Shown piece by piece: positions 13,141-26,585 of a stretch of 64,000 nucleotides of DNA. A program made the translations under genes and the position numbers. Below the pieces are notes generated by a model. That model made no database searches and had not been told where the DNA came from. It saw only the letters and a list, made by a program, of their open reading frames with translations. The first letter of the stretch is position 1. Every line of letters begins with the position of its first letter. The stretch covers positions 94,614,001 to 94,678,000 of the forward strand of contig NC_087437.1 of NCBI RefSeq assembly GCF_036321535.1, read 5' to 3'. Origin of the DNA: Camelus dromedarius. Taxonomy: Eukaryota.

Positions 13141-16087
13141 CTAGTGCACGAAATACTAATTAATATAAAACAAATAATGAGGCATTTATATGTTTGAGTA
13201 ATATTCAAAGTTTCTTTGCATCAAGACAAAATTGATTATTTGGGTTTGTCCCTGAGAGAGACCTTGTCAACAAATGAGTTGTTGGAAGAGTGCCAAGTTC
13301 TTTGTTATCATGTAAATACTTCTTTGAAATACACATATAAAATCCTCCGTATGTGGAAATGTACTTATGAATTGTTTATTTCTCCGGGTACATGAATTGT
13401 ATATGGAACTGTATTGCACCTCCACACACTGGGAATGGTGATTTGGAAAAATGATGGGTGAAGAAAACATGCTGCTAACATGAGGTTAAAAAAAGACAAC
13501 CAGGAGAAACCTGTGTTCTCACAAATTCTGTTTAGTATCAATATCTTGATAAACTCTACATTTGTAACAGTAGAGTTTTTTTTAATTAGAAAAGTATTAC
13601 CTATTTTCTTAACATTAGGCAGCACTGATAAACAGATTACAGTCTAATTTTAAATGTATTTGAACTTATTAATTCTATTTTTTAATGTTAATGCTATGTG
13701 TTCAAACTCATGTTAAGAAATAAGTAAATCTTACTTTTTTAGTTCCACAATTGTAATTGCCATTTTTTTCTTGAGTTTGTAGTCCTTTTAAACCATATTT
13801 GACTATATTCTCCCCACATATGTTAATACATACATGTGTATTTTCAGATTTAATTTTGATTCATTAATAATATATGTAAAAATCATTTAAAATTACTTAT
13901 CTATGTTGAATATTAAGCCTAAGTGTTTAGGGCTACAGTCATTTGTTCTTTTTTATCGTTTACTGTGGAAGCAAGGAGAGATCCAATTCTCCAATTTGGA
14001 TCTTGGAGACTCAAGGGTAAATCTTATTGACTTCAGCAGAAGTTATACATAAAGTATTCAAGGGCAGAAGCTGACCCACAACAAATTAAATCTGATTTCT
14101 TTGTTACTTTACATGCATATATAGATCTTGGTCTAGACGAAGAAATATATTTTGTCTGAAGTGCATGGCTCTAAGGTTTAGTATTTGCTTTATCTTAATT
14201 TGCTGTGTCTAGCCATTAGATTCATAGAATTGTATTTATTGTCTCTGGTGGTCAATTAGGTATCTGTAAAACAATCCAAGAATATTAATCCAACACAGTG
14301 TTTCCCAGCCAAAAGGATTTTTATTTTCCTAATAACATGTTCAAAATATTATATGGTATAATTTTGAGACAACAATTCAGAGTTTAAAAAATAATACCAC
14401 AGAAAATATTACTTTTGTTTAGTTGTCATGATTTCCATTGTTTTTGTTTTGGAGGACATGGCTCTTTTATGAAAGAGTGGAAACCATAAAATACAGCATT
14501 TAGCAATAGTCACCACAAGAATACATGTGTTCTCTATGTCACTCAAGGTCTCTGTCTTCCTGTGTGCACTTTTTCTTGTACAGGTTGGACCAAATGTAGC
14601 ATGAGCAATAAAAAGCTAGTCCAATTTGCTATGACCTGTTAAAGTGCTTTATAAATATTCTAGTGATTTGATGCTATTTTGAGGAAGAAGAATTCCTGTT
14701 TGCAAGGCCATAGGAAACAGAGAACATTGGATGTTAATTTATTTCTTTCATGCTAATTATATTAAGATTATTGCAAAATTGAGATTATTGTTTTTTTACC
14801 ATTCAGATATTCATTTTGGTCTTATTTATTTAGATTCAGATAGCTCTTAGATTTTTTTCTCTTTTCTTTAATTTTATATTACCATGTTTTGTTTTCATTT
14901 TTTAGTTAAAAAAGGATGAGTTACTTTTTGTTCAGTAAGAATTAGCAGATTCTAAATATAAATCTTTCTGGTTCCAGAAAGTACTAATGCTTGTTAGAGA
15001 GCTTATTTTAACTCCTCAATGGTCTTGTGTTTTCATTGGCTAACGTTTTAGTATTTTCATAATTTTTCTGCAGTTTTAAATAGCGCCGCCTTTACAACAA
15101 GAGGGAACATATTATAAATTATTATTCTCATTATCCCTTTTTTCAAATCTGAAGAGCATACATATAATGATCATTTCACATTCATAAAATTCCTCAGCTG
15201 CTAAATCTTGAGAAATGAGTTGTGTGTTAAAATGAGTTAAAATGAGATGCTTTATATTTGGCCTCAGAAGTTAATTCAATAGAGTAATGGTAAATTTCTT
15301 AAACTGTTTACTTAAGGGCTTAGGAAAGCTATTAAGCCTGTAGGCCAGGTGACACCAGAAGGCTGAGGTGAAGGCTGAGAGTTAAACCTCTCATAATAAC
15401 ACAGACCAGAAACCTAGTATTAGGGAAATAAAGAAGATTATAGTGTCAACTCAACTTTAGCTATACTGTTAATCTATACCCTTTATAAGTGGGGAAAAAA
15501 AAAAAAACCAAGAGAATAGAAAGTCATACTGTGGTCTCCTCTCTGTTATCCATTCATCCCCCCATTTTGTACATACTGGTAAAAACATATTTGGGAGCAA
15601 TCATTAATATAGGTGTGCCCCTGACACCCTAGCTAAAATTTTCACTGGGCAACCCAAAAGTTAGCACTTATTTGTGAGAGTGCTTTATAAGGGGTAGATA
15701 TTCCATTGTTCATTTGCTCGTCTGACCTTGTGCCTAGCCAAGCAGTATTGGAAAACTAGGCATTTTCCTGGGGGTAGAGTGGTGACATGAGTTCACGGAC
15801 AGAAAGCAACAAAATCAAGGCAATAGGTTATGATAGATACTATAATAGAGGTACTTATTCTGGGAAGGAGGTAGACAGATGCCTAATACTCTCGGAGGTG
15901 TCCAGGAAAGGTTTTGATGGAGAGTAGGAGTTTACCAAGTAAAGAAAACACTTTGAACAAAGGCATTTCCTTACATTTACTTTTGTGCATTAAAGAAGAC
16001 GTACCTTTAATGAACCATGGGGAGTTCAGACTTCTTTGCATATGAGAGGGTTATGCATAAGGATCTATAGTAATGTTACTTAACAAG

Positions 16088-16310
16088 AAGAGCTAATACA
16101 TCCTAAACTCTTTACTAAGTGCTGGTCTCTTCTGGGGGCTTTCACTGAATTTTACCATAACCATTCTACGTCGGCACTGTTTTATAGGTGTTTGATGGAT
16201 GAGGAAACTTACGTATTGGGAGAGTAACAGTTTTAGAATTCATGGCTACCAAGCATCAAAACTGGATGGAATTCAAACCCAGGCTGTGTGGTTCCAGGGT
16301 CTGTGCTCTA
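16088..16310 (-). mobile_element. MIR SINE
   Basis: Antisense MIR core 'gatggatgaggaaact' and head 'ggaattcaaacccaggctgtgtggttccagggtctgtgctct'. Confidence 0.75.
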
Positions 16311-16594
16311 CATGAGGTTGTGAAGGTGGTGAAATCAAAGTGGGAAAGAACGTTGCTTTGGAGTTTACCTTCTCTTCTGTAGGTAATAGGGATCCGCTGA
16401 AGTCAGACAACCAGTTGGATGTGGGATATGAGAAAGAGGCTTGGAGGATGACTTCCAAGCTTGTGTCTTCAAAGACTGAGTCACAAGTGGCATCTAGAGG
16501 TCGAATAAAGAGTGGTAGGGTCTAGTGATAGGGAACCGAAAATGTACTAAGTTTGGGGCATGTTAGTTGCCAACATGTGACTACAGTTTACAGT

Positions 16595-16750
16595 TATTGG
16601 CAGTTTGACCCTGGATAAAATACAAGATCTGTCGTTGCCTCATTTTTTGCATCTGTAAAGTGCAGATGAGGTTGTTATGAGGATTAAATGAGATAATAAT
16701 TTTGAAGTGCTAAAATAGCATCTGATTCATAGTATCTATTATCTGTTAAA
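16595..16750 (+). mobile_element. MIR SINE
   Basis: 'tgcctcattttttgcatctgtaaagtg...ggttgttatgaggattaaatgagataat'. Confidence 0.8.
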
Positions 16751-18189
16751 TAAATAAATTACAGATACAAATTTTAAACAGCCTTGAAAAAGACCAGAAG
16801 TGAATACTAAGTTATGTGTTTTGTAAGGATACTTTGAATTGACAGTATTTTGCTAACTTTTATTAGTGTAGGAACTAGTTATGGTTTCCATTTTTAATCT
16901 TCTGCAATGGCGCCATGAATTCTAGTATTTTTAAATACATGTGATTATGTTTGTAAATTTAAAATTATAATAAATATGACAGATGGATCAGAGGGAAACT
17001 GGATCAGCTTTGCATTATTTTAGTAATTTCTAAGTAATTCAGTTCTTTTGAATTAAAATACTAACAAAAGAATTGATATATTGTCTCATTTTATCCAAAG
17101 CACTCACTCATTCAGACATCTTTTTATTCAGCACTTACTTGGTGTCTGTTACATAGCATTCACCAGCTCAACACTGTGGTTAGTGAAATTAGTACAAGTT
17201 CTCCTTCTTAGGAGAATTCAGAATCTAGTGTAAGAGTAGGGGAATTCAGTGCAGTGACAAAGGCTTACAAAACCAAGTTGTTTGTCACAATATTAAACCA
17301 TCTTCATCAGTTGGTCTTCAAATACAGTAGAGCACATAATAAAATATTATATGCATATTAAGGCTTTTCAAACTCTCAGTAGACGGCATACCAAATTATT
17401 GTTTCTAAATTAATGCAATCTTTCTAAATCCAAGCCTATTATAATAACTATTATAATTGTATTATGTCATCATATATATGTCTGAAATTCCTATCTGTGC
17501 CATCTATTGAACAAATCGACTTAGTTATTGCAAAGAGTACATAACCAGCAGAGTGACTTTAATTGACAAAAAATAAATGACATCTCGCTAAAAACACGAA
17601 CTCATAAATATACAATAATCAAAAGTTGTGGATTTTTCCTCAGGATATAGGCTTCACAGAGATGCTGATGTCTGACAGTTTTCTTGAACAATAACTAGAA
17701 TTTTATCAGTCAGAGAAGAGAGAAATGAACAGCGCAACACCTCATCACCATTTTAAACATATGTCATACTACTTTATGCAAGAGGACTTTGAGACACAGA
17801 AAGACCTGTGACTCAGTCCCACCCCTAAGACAAAGCAAACATTCTACGCCTCTCAGATGATCAAGGTCAGTGCTGTTTCTGCTGTCAGAGAGCTGTTTAC
17901 TTCCCTACAGTGATCTCATCTAATGAACAGATGTTAAATGTATATTTTTAATTGTTGGTTATATCTTTGAAAGTAGTTTGGTCATCTGACTCTTAAATGT
18001 CTTGACCTGAAGGCTCCGTCTTCAGACAGGGCCTTGTTTCTCTTCCTGAGATAATCTTTTTGATAGTTATGTGTCTGGCTTGAGAAAGCACTTCTTCTCC
18101 TGCTGGAATTCCCATCCTGCCTTTCCCATGGACAACCAGCCCTACATCTGTGACTGCCTTATATTTGTTTTCATTTGAATGTGGAATTA

Positions 18190-19320
18190 TTGCTTCAGAG
18201 GCAACATATGAAAACTGAACTCTTCAGTATTTTGTTTCCCAAAGCAAGCCCCTCTGAATCTCCATTTTCTCCCACTCAGTGGCATGGCTATTATTAATCC
18301 CTCACACTTTTCTTTCATTCTCCCCTTTTCCCTTCTTTTATCAAGAGTAAACTCTCAGTCTTCCATTTTTCAGTTCATCTCAACCATCTGCATGCCTCTG
18401 GATGGGGTCTTTATCATCCATGGCAGGAGTTACAATATAGGGCAGAAACTAAACTACTGCAACAAAAGCAGACATGAAAAATTGCACTGGTTCAAACAAG
18501 CTAGATGCCTTGATGTTCTGTGTGAAGCAGCCCAAGTGCAGTGGACAGAGCAGCTCTGTTCTACAAAACTCTCCAGGAACCACGTGATTCTCTTTAGCGG
18601 CTCCATCATCCCCTGGATTTTGTTGTTGATTGAGTGATACTGATATGAACTGGCTCAGCTGTGTTGCATTTATTGGGAGGCAGTGGAAAGGGATATAGAA
18701 GAGTGAAGCAAGAGCTAAGGAGGTTGCACACAGGACTTCCAATCACTTGCCTTTGGCAAGAACTGTCATCTGGTCCACCCAGCTGCAAGGGAGCCTGGGA
18801 AATCTTCAGCTGAGCAGCTGATGGCAGGGCAAAAGTAATGATAATGGAAGAAAGGGAAAAAGGATTTGGGAATACGATTAACTAGTTGCCCAAATATCCC
18901 ATAAACATTATTTTCTTCATTTACTCCGGGGTTTCAAGATCAAACCCGATTGTATCTGTTTTTCTGGTCAACATGGTCCTTGGCAATTGTTTCCTAACAT
19001 TAACTTGCCCATTCATTTTTCCATTTACTTTGTTCTATCTTATTTAGCCTCTGTAAAGCTCTTTATAAATGATCCTTCATGTTACTTACGTGCATTCCCA
19101 AACAAAATTTAAGTTTTTGGAAACAAGGAGCGTGCTTTATACTTGTTTGCATAGGCAAGGCCTATCTGTGTGTTATCCAAAATAAGCAGCAACATTATGC
19201 ACGAGGCCTTAGTTTTACTTATACAAGGTCAATATTTTTGGCAGTATTTTTATTAATGTACTCAAGAAATGAATAAAATATGTATTTGAATGAGTAAGTA
19301 TATGAATGATTGGATGGATA
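18190..19320 (+). mobile_element. L2 remnant split by an MLT1 LTR
   Basis: L2-like 'caacatatgaaaactgaactc' lies before 18430. L2-like sequence resumes after ~18900 and ends in a 'tgaatga' type tail. Confidence 0.5.
18430..18892 (-). mobile_element. MaLR solo LTR (MLT1J/K-like)
   Basis: 'gaggttgcacacaggacttccaatcacttgcctttggcaagaactgtcatctggtccacccagctgcaagggagcctgggaaat' is typical of antisense MLT1J/K. Confidence 0.7.
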
Positions 19321-22300
19321 CCCAAATATTCATAAATTAAGATTTAAATGAATCCAGATTATACAGATCTGATTTTCTGAGGAAGTAGTAGAAAGAAGAT
19401 AGAATATATGTTTTCTATGTAAAATTTACATAAAGAGCCATAATTTTCAATTTATTTTCTATTTCTGTACTGATTATGCACATCATTCTTACCATTTACC
19501 ATAAGTAAAAGAAAGTGTCTGAATTTTCATAACATAGAAAATAAAAGGCATTTTAACACATTTTTTTGTTTTAAGTTTGACAGAAAAAATATCAAAAGTT
19601 CTTCTAAACTATGTGCAACAATTGCTAAAATTGAAAGCAAGCAAAATAGAAAGGTGGTAAGACAGTGACAAGGAGGAGTAACAAGGGGACGAGATAAAAA
19701 TTAGAGATCAATAAGGAATAAAAAGGGAAATAAAAATGGTTTGAAAATGTCCTGAAGTTCCCAGTAGCACAGAATAGCCAATTTAAGAAAGATTTGACCA
19801 TTAGATTTGGGAAATATTTATTTATAATGCATCTTCTTATACTAGTGTCTTGAACAATTTAATAGACAAAGGAAAAGAATGCATTCATAGGCAATTTCTT
19901 TCTTTTTAAAATAGGTCTGTGTTTTAATAATGTTAGTAATGGTCGTATAAGTGAACCTAAGCTACTTCACAGAATCAGCAGTATCGATGAACCCAGTGAT
20001 GAACTGTTCACTTATACCTAATTCCTTTTTTTTTTTTAATTTTATTATTCCTTTTTAAGTAGCAGAGTGTAAGAATTAAAGATCCAAGACTATCAATCCA
20101 GGTCACACAGTTTACAGAAAGTAGGTAAAATTGTTTTGGACCAAATTCAACTGAGCTCCATTCTCCAAAGACTTTCTTTTTCTTTTGTGGAACAAAGGAA
20201 GTGAGTTCACTTTAAGTATAAATTCCCAAGTCTTTTACAATTTCTGCTCAGACTCTCCTTGGCATTTTCAGTGGGAGGTAGTCAATTTCTTTCTATAGAT
20301 GGATTTCATTATTCAGACTTCACCATCAGTAGAATGCATTATAAATTATGCAGAATGTGATAATTAGTCGCAAGCAAGAATATAAATAAAACTGCATAAC
20401 CAATAAAAGGCCATAAAACCTGGCAAGTAAAATTAGTTACTGTGTGTTAAAATAGGAAATGTATGGAGGAAAAAAATTGATCTCACATGTCCTTTCTGTG
20501 CTGGAGAGAAATTGCTATATTACGCATAGCTCTGGAAACTCATGTGTATAGCCTATTAGAAGTAAAATAAAATCATATGTAATGCAGTGATTTAGAATGA
20601 TCTAAAGAACAAAAGAACCATGGTCCCATGAAGGAAAATGGTTCTTTTGTTAAAGTAAGGCTGATAACATCCTTTCCCCTCCACACTAAACCAGACTCCA
20701 ATTTTTAAAGTGTGCGTCAGTTTCCACAGTGAGCTTTTGCAGTTTTAACTTTTGAAAATGACATTGAGAATATTAATCACTTAGATTAATTTAATACACA
20801 GGCACACACACGTGCATAAAAACTGCTTTGTATGTTTCCTGGAACTCTTTAGTCAGTGAAATGACATATCAGCAATACTGAACAAAAGGTGATCCTGGTA
20901 TGGACAATAAGATGCATTAAGTGAGCTGAAAAAATTTACTGAGCCCACCCAGCAGAGACTGACTATAATCAGGGGAATAAAATTGCATATGAATTGTGCC
21001 CATCTAGACAGGAAAAGATCTTTAGGCCCATATTGATTTCATAGAATCCCCTATAGATATACTTGAAAAATTATACTATAAAGGTTAAAGCAAAGGCTAG
21101 AATTAATTTGAATAATATATTCTAACATATTCTGTAAGACTCAGTTCACAGCATCAAAGACTCAAAATGTGTATATAGAGTGTGCCAATTACATCAAAAA
21201 TAACCAAAATACTTTGGAAAGGATGACTGTCTTCTAAGTAATTTTGATGTTTCTTAACAAAAGACTGTTCGGCAACCCAACAATAAAATCAGCTTTCAAA
21301 AATGATAAAAGCTATTGTAGCTAAAACCAGGCTTTACTGACTATGGAAACAAATTAGAATTTGTACACAAAAAAACCTTTGGATACTTTGTATTATATGT
21401 TATTTTTTTAGATTCATTTTTCCTTTAGTGATAGGGTTTGCTTTAGATTTCAATGTCAAAGGAGTCAAAATGCCTAATATAAATGCAAATTTCCTATTCA
21501 TTTTTTCTTTTAATAGAAAAACTAGGAAACATGAATCTCAGTGTTTTGGTGGTCTGAGTAGGTAAAGGTATATTGAACTAAATTTAACATGATAACATCA
21601 TGAAATGTCATATACTACTTATGCTTAGGGTCTAATATAACCCTAATATGCTTGATGGATGATCTAACTCCAGAGGACCAGCCACCAGTTCAATTGACAT
21701 AATATTATATTTGATTAATATTTAGGAGACAATAATTCCACTTAACTGAATTAATGGGAACTAATGAGGGAGCTATAGGGAATCCCATTACAAAATGAAG
21801 GTTATTTTTGATACTGCAGGTTTCCTATATTACCTTCATGGTAAGGTAGCTATCTAAAGACTTGACAGATATGCAAGTTCTACAAGTGACACCAGACACC
21901 AGCTTTGGCCCATTCTCCTTTGCATTATTTCTACTGTATATCATAGATATTTATGGAATGTCATTAACTTTCTATTATCATCTATGTCTTGATTTGTGCA
22001 ATAATTGTTGATTAAATTCAATCTGTAAGGTAGGCTAGAAAGGACTAAAACAGGTAAGTGAGTGCTACAGCATGATGTGACTGTCTACGGTCCTCTTCTG
22101 ATATGTCTATAGGACACTCTGCATTTTCTCCACTTAAGATGATGCTCATTTATTTTTGTTGTTGTTATTTAGCTGTAGCTCCTCCTAGATTTTAGGTACA
22201 TTGACATTAGAAATCAGGTCAGGTTAGTTTCTCTATTGCACATCAGATGTTTAGAAATCTCAAAAATATATGGTGGAAACAGTCATGCATAGATCCACGG

Positions 22301-23417
22301 ATCAGGGGAAGGCTGAAATAAAGCACTAAGCGAAGTTTCCAGGGAGCACTGATGAGGGGGTCATCACTTCTGCCTGGCAGGTAGGGGAGAACAATGAGGA
22401 CGCCTTCACAAAGACAAGTAACATTTGAAATGGTCGGAAGGTGGGATGGGAATGGTAAAAGAGTTAAATGAAAGGGTAGAAACTTGAAGTAAACATTATA
22501 TTCTGAGAAAGTTAAATAACCTTCCTGAGGAGCTGAGGGTTTTGGGGAATTGAGTATCGTGAGATTGGAAAGGTAGTTTCCTCACAATTGATGTGTGAGC
22601 AATGGGGAGTGGAAGCAGTTCAAACCACGTCTGTTGAAATATTCCAGACACGTTGTTCAGTAACGGTCTCATATTGACAAGCTTAACATCAATGTCTGGT
22701 TTCCGTTTGGTCTACAACTGACTGAGTTCCAAGTTGGCTAAGCTGAATTTCCTAGCCCTTAGTTATTGGAGAATACCTTCAGCCTAGATTCGGGTGCAAC
22801 TTTACCAGGGTTTTTGCTCATAAGAACATTGAGGTTCCCCCGTTCCACTAATACCCCAAGTTGGTTATTCAGTAGCATACCTTTCTTAATCAAGATTCTA
22901 GTTTCAGATCTTCATTTGATTGTTTTCTTCCATGGATCCGTGAGCTCTTGCAGCCCTGTTTGGTGTCTCCATTTGCTTTTACATTCTGATCATAGTGCAC
23001 TTGATTAGATCATAGTTATTCCACACAGTCTCTGTAGCATTAAGAGTAAGGTAATAGCACATACAGAATGAAGGAGGAGAAACGCTCAGTGTTTTCACAA
23101 TGAATATTTAATTAGTTAGGTTCAGATAGGTGTACATATAGATTAGTATCTTAATATAGATTGATGTTTTAACTAATTAATTAATGACTATTAAAATGGT
23201 ACATAGGCCTTTGGACAGGAATATGCCATGTAATCTTAAACCAGTTAAGAAACTGAATCCAAGGATCTTAACCTGTTAAGTGTGCAGTTATGAATCTTGT
23301 ATAGCAATGACACAATGCACCTAAACTTGATTCATTTAGAAAAGTACATTTTAAATCTGCCTTGTTATTAGATCAAAATACTATATATTTTACCTACCTA
23401 TAAAACCTCAATTTCAA

Positions 23418-23474
23418 AATGAAAAATTATACCCTAGTTATATATTGAAATCTACTTAAAACAGCTTTTCCTCT
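23418..23474 (+). repeat. 57-bp dispersed direct repeat, copy 1 (copy 2 at 24662-24718)
   Basis: aatgaaaaattataccctagttatatattgaaatctacttaaaacagcttttcctct is identical at both sites. Confidence 0.95.
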
Positions 23475-23808
23475 CACCCATGCTAGCTTGTGGAACCTCT
23501 AACATGTTCATCCTTGTATCCCTTCTCACTTGTTAGGTCTTCTTTTTTCAGTTCTCTAGGGAAAATGTTTTTTAACAGCATACTCACGGGTATCACAAGC
23601 CATCTCTTATCTGCATCTAATAAACAAGAAAGTATAATGTTCTGGGACTTACTGCTTACCACTCACAAATCCTCCCTGTACCTAAGTTCATTATTTCAAA
23701 AATGAGAGATTTACAAGCTCCTTAGTGGGAACTTCCCGATTGAAAATATAGAGTCAATGGTAAGAAGAAAAGAGAAGTTTGGAAGCTTTCAAGCTCAATG
23801 TAACCTAC

Positions 23809-24312
23809 TCAGAAAGTATTATATGGGATTCATAGACCTCTAAAAGTTCTCTGAATTTGGATAATTTGTGAACTTAAATTGGAGAAAGGATACATCTTTA
23901 TTTCTATATACTTTTATTGAAATATAGCATTTTTCCAATTGTGAATGTAATTAATGTCAAACCACAGAAATGTTAGTAATACCAGTGACTTTGTCACCAA
24001 TAAAAGCTGATTATTTTTTATTATATTGCAGTTGCTGTAAATGTGTAAAAATCTCATTTTTATTTCTCAGTACTTCAAAATCATGGCAATTTGACTATCT
24101 GCAACTGGATCGTATTATATAACATGTAGGTAAGGGGGCACATGAATTACCATATCAGAGGTTTTTAGAAATGTTTTTATTAGCAAATTTCAGTCTGACT
24201 TTAATCATATGTATTTTATTTTATGCTTTAAAATAATATTCTGAAAAGGGGACCCATAAGCTTCACTAATCTTCCAAAGAGGTTTTTGGTTCAAAAGATA
24301 TGTAACCCTCTG
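23809..24312. mobile_element. hAT-Charlie DNA transposon fossil (Charlie4a-like)
   Basis: 'aaaccacagaaatgttagtaataccagtgactttgtcaccaata' and the terminal 'ttctgaaaaggggacccataagcttcactaatcttccaaagagg...aaccctctg' match the recalled Charlie4a consensus. Confidence 0.7.
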
Positions 24313-24661
24313 GTAAAAGAGCCAACCCTCTAGTAAATTCTGACTGTGGAGATTTTAGACCCTTAACAATGATGCCTTACCTTTCTGTTGTACTCGAAAG
24401 TTTACAAAGAACTTTCATGAACACTGTGTGTCTTTCTTTTTAAAGCTTTTGGTGAGACTAGTGGGAAGGGCCGCAGCAAGGTCCACATCTGGTACATGCA
24501 ATTAGGCAGAGCATTTTCTGTAGAAAATTAAAAAACAAAACTATAACTGATTAAAAACAATCCAATTTTCTATTACCCCCATACTTTGATGATTTTAAAC
24601 AATATAAGAATAAAATATTCCAAAATAGACTCTTCCAAAAATATTTTTTGTTCTAAGTTCT

Positions 24662-24718
24662 AATGAAAAATTATACCCTAGTTATATATTGAAATCTACT
24701 TAAAACAGCTTTTCCTCT
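24662..24718 (+). repeat. 57-bp dispersed direct repeat, copy 2
   Basis: Identical to 23418-23474. Confidence 0.95.
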
Positions 24719-25128
24719 GTAATTTTTATCTATGATTATAATGGCTTGTGTTCTTGTCTCTCTGTGGCTTCGTGGATAACTGAGGGATTTTCTTCATTAT
24801 GAGTTATTTGAACACCACTGAGTTTTAATAATATATATGGAAGCTAAAAATTAGCAAATTTTTATTTTACCTTTTAATAGACATTTTATTCAACATGGAA
24901 ATTAATACGAAAACTCCCAGTTACAGAGTTAGAACCCTAACACAACCAGTCTCATCTACATGCAGATTAAGCTGCATGTGTTCATTTCAAGATAAAGTAT
25001 GTAATAGATCAGAAACGTCCAAGCTTACTTTGGCAACTGTTCATGATTCTGACCCCTATGATCCTAAACATTCTTGCATTTAAAAGTCGATTTGATGTAA
25101 ACAATGGTAGCTTAGTGGGGCTAGAGAT

Positions 25129-25153
25129 AAAAAAAAAAAAAAAAAAAAAAAAA
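25129..25153. repeat. Poly(A)25 tract
   Basis: Uninterrupted run of A. Confidence 0.95.
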
Positions 25154-25469
25154 GAACTTGAGTTACTCCAATTCTGTCATTCCCTTAGAGTATTTATTCA
25201 TTTCATGATTATTACTGAAAACAAGTTCATTGTGTAGAAAAAAGAGAGAGATGAAAAATGATCCACTTACACTGTTAGACACACTGCGCTGAGTGAGACA
25301 ATTCCAGTGGGTATTATTTCCCCCAGTTTTCCTACTGGTGAAAGTTTGTCCAAAACCATCTAGTGATTAAAGAGCAGAGCTTCACAAGAATCGAATCTTC
25401 TGATTTCCTAGACTAGTGTTCTTGTTTTCACTCAAGATGTTAATGACCTCTTTCGTTGAAGAAGTTTTG

Positions 25470-25600
25470 TAGTCAGATAAATTTGGAAGACGCTAGTTTA
25501 AACAAATTTAAGGAGTATTTTAATACCAGTGTGCATCCTAAATCTTCAAGGGTTGTGGTGGGTTGTGCTTCCCAAACTTATTTGAATCACAGATTTTTTT
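25470..25600. mobile_element. MER103C-like hAT-Charlie fragment
   Basis: 'gtcagataaatttggaagacgctagtttaaacaaa...ttcccaaacttatttgaatcacag'. Confidence 0.6.
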
Positions 25601-25729
25601 GTGTTCCAAGAAACAGTCTGTAAATCTAGCTTAGCACCAAGCATAAAATAAACAAAATATTTGAAACACTCCATGTGCTGTTTCTTAGAGCAGAGCATTT
25701 GATTTGGAGATATTTTATTAGAAGACTAC

Positions 25730-25890
25730 CTAACACTCATTGAGCAGTCACCATGTGCTCCTTTAAGAAATTTGCATTTGTGTTTTCATTCAATCCTCAC
25801 CTAAACATCTGAGATTGATACTATTATTACCTCCATTTTAGAAATGAGGGAACTGAGGAATATCAAAGGGAAAGAGCTTGTTCAGTGTCA
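25730..25890 (-). mobile_element. MIR SINE
   Basis: 'tcattcaatcctcac...tactattattacctccattttagaaatgagggaactgagg'. Confidence 0.8.
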
Positions 25891-25947
25891 GAATCATATA
25901 AAAATGCAGACATTACTACAGCCTGAAGAGTCAGCTTTTGTAGATTT

Positions 25948-26234
25948 TCACTTGGCATTCCTTGGCTTGGGGCTGCCTAACTTTAACCTTTGCCTTTGCC
26001 TTCACATGGACTTTTTCTCTCTGTGCCTGTTGTGTCTGTGTATCTCAAATCTCCTACTTTTTCTTATCAAGGGATCAATCATTGGATATAAGGCTCCCTT
26101 CAAAGACAGAATGCTTCTAATTTAATTACATTTGCAAAGAATCTATTTCCAACAAGGTCCCATTCACAGGTAACCAGATTTAGGACTTGGACATATCTTT
26201 TGGGGGGTGGAGAGACATAATTCAACCCACTACA
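25948..26234 (-). mobile_element. MaLR LTR, partial (MLT1C-like)
   Basis: The reverse complement starts tgtagtgggttgaattatgtc...aaaagatatgtccaagtcctaa...cctgtgaatgggacctt. Confidence 0.85.
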
Positions 26235-26269
26235 CAGAGAAATAAGTTTGTGTTCTATATTGTTGTCAA

Positions 26270-26585
26270 CTATGCCTTGAACACACTTCCATGTCTATTC
26301 CCACTCCCCAGTACCTTTCCCTAATCTTGCTAATTCTTCATATTCCTTTAGATTTTTGTTTGAAAGTTACTTTTTTAAGGACACTCTCAATAATCCCTAC
26401 ACTAGAATAGGCGACTGACCATATGCTCTAGGCCATCAGACCCTAATCATTACATTTCTTTGTTGAACAATGTCTTCTCCAGACAGACTAACTTTGAGCA
26501 GGAACCATCGTCTCCTATCTGTAGTCCTTGTAACTAAAAGCCAGGCACAAAATAGGGGCTCTGTAAATTGTAATTTAATTGAATT
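26270..26585 (+). mobile_element. L2 3' end
   Basis: 'gctaattcttcatattcctttaga...agccaggcacaaaataggggctctgtaaattg'. Confidence 0.7.

Noticed and set aside
13267..13625. Overlapping minus-strand ORFs as a possible coding exon
   Set aside because: No recognisable protein similarity and no matched acceptor/donor pair around an open frame.
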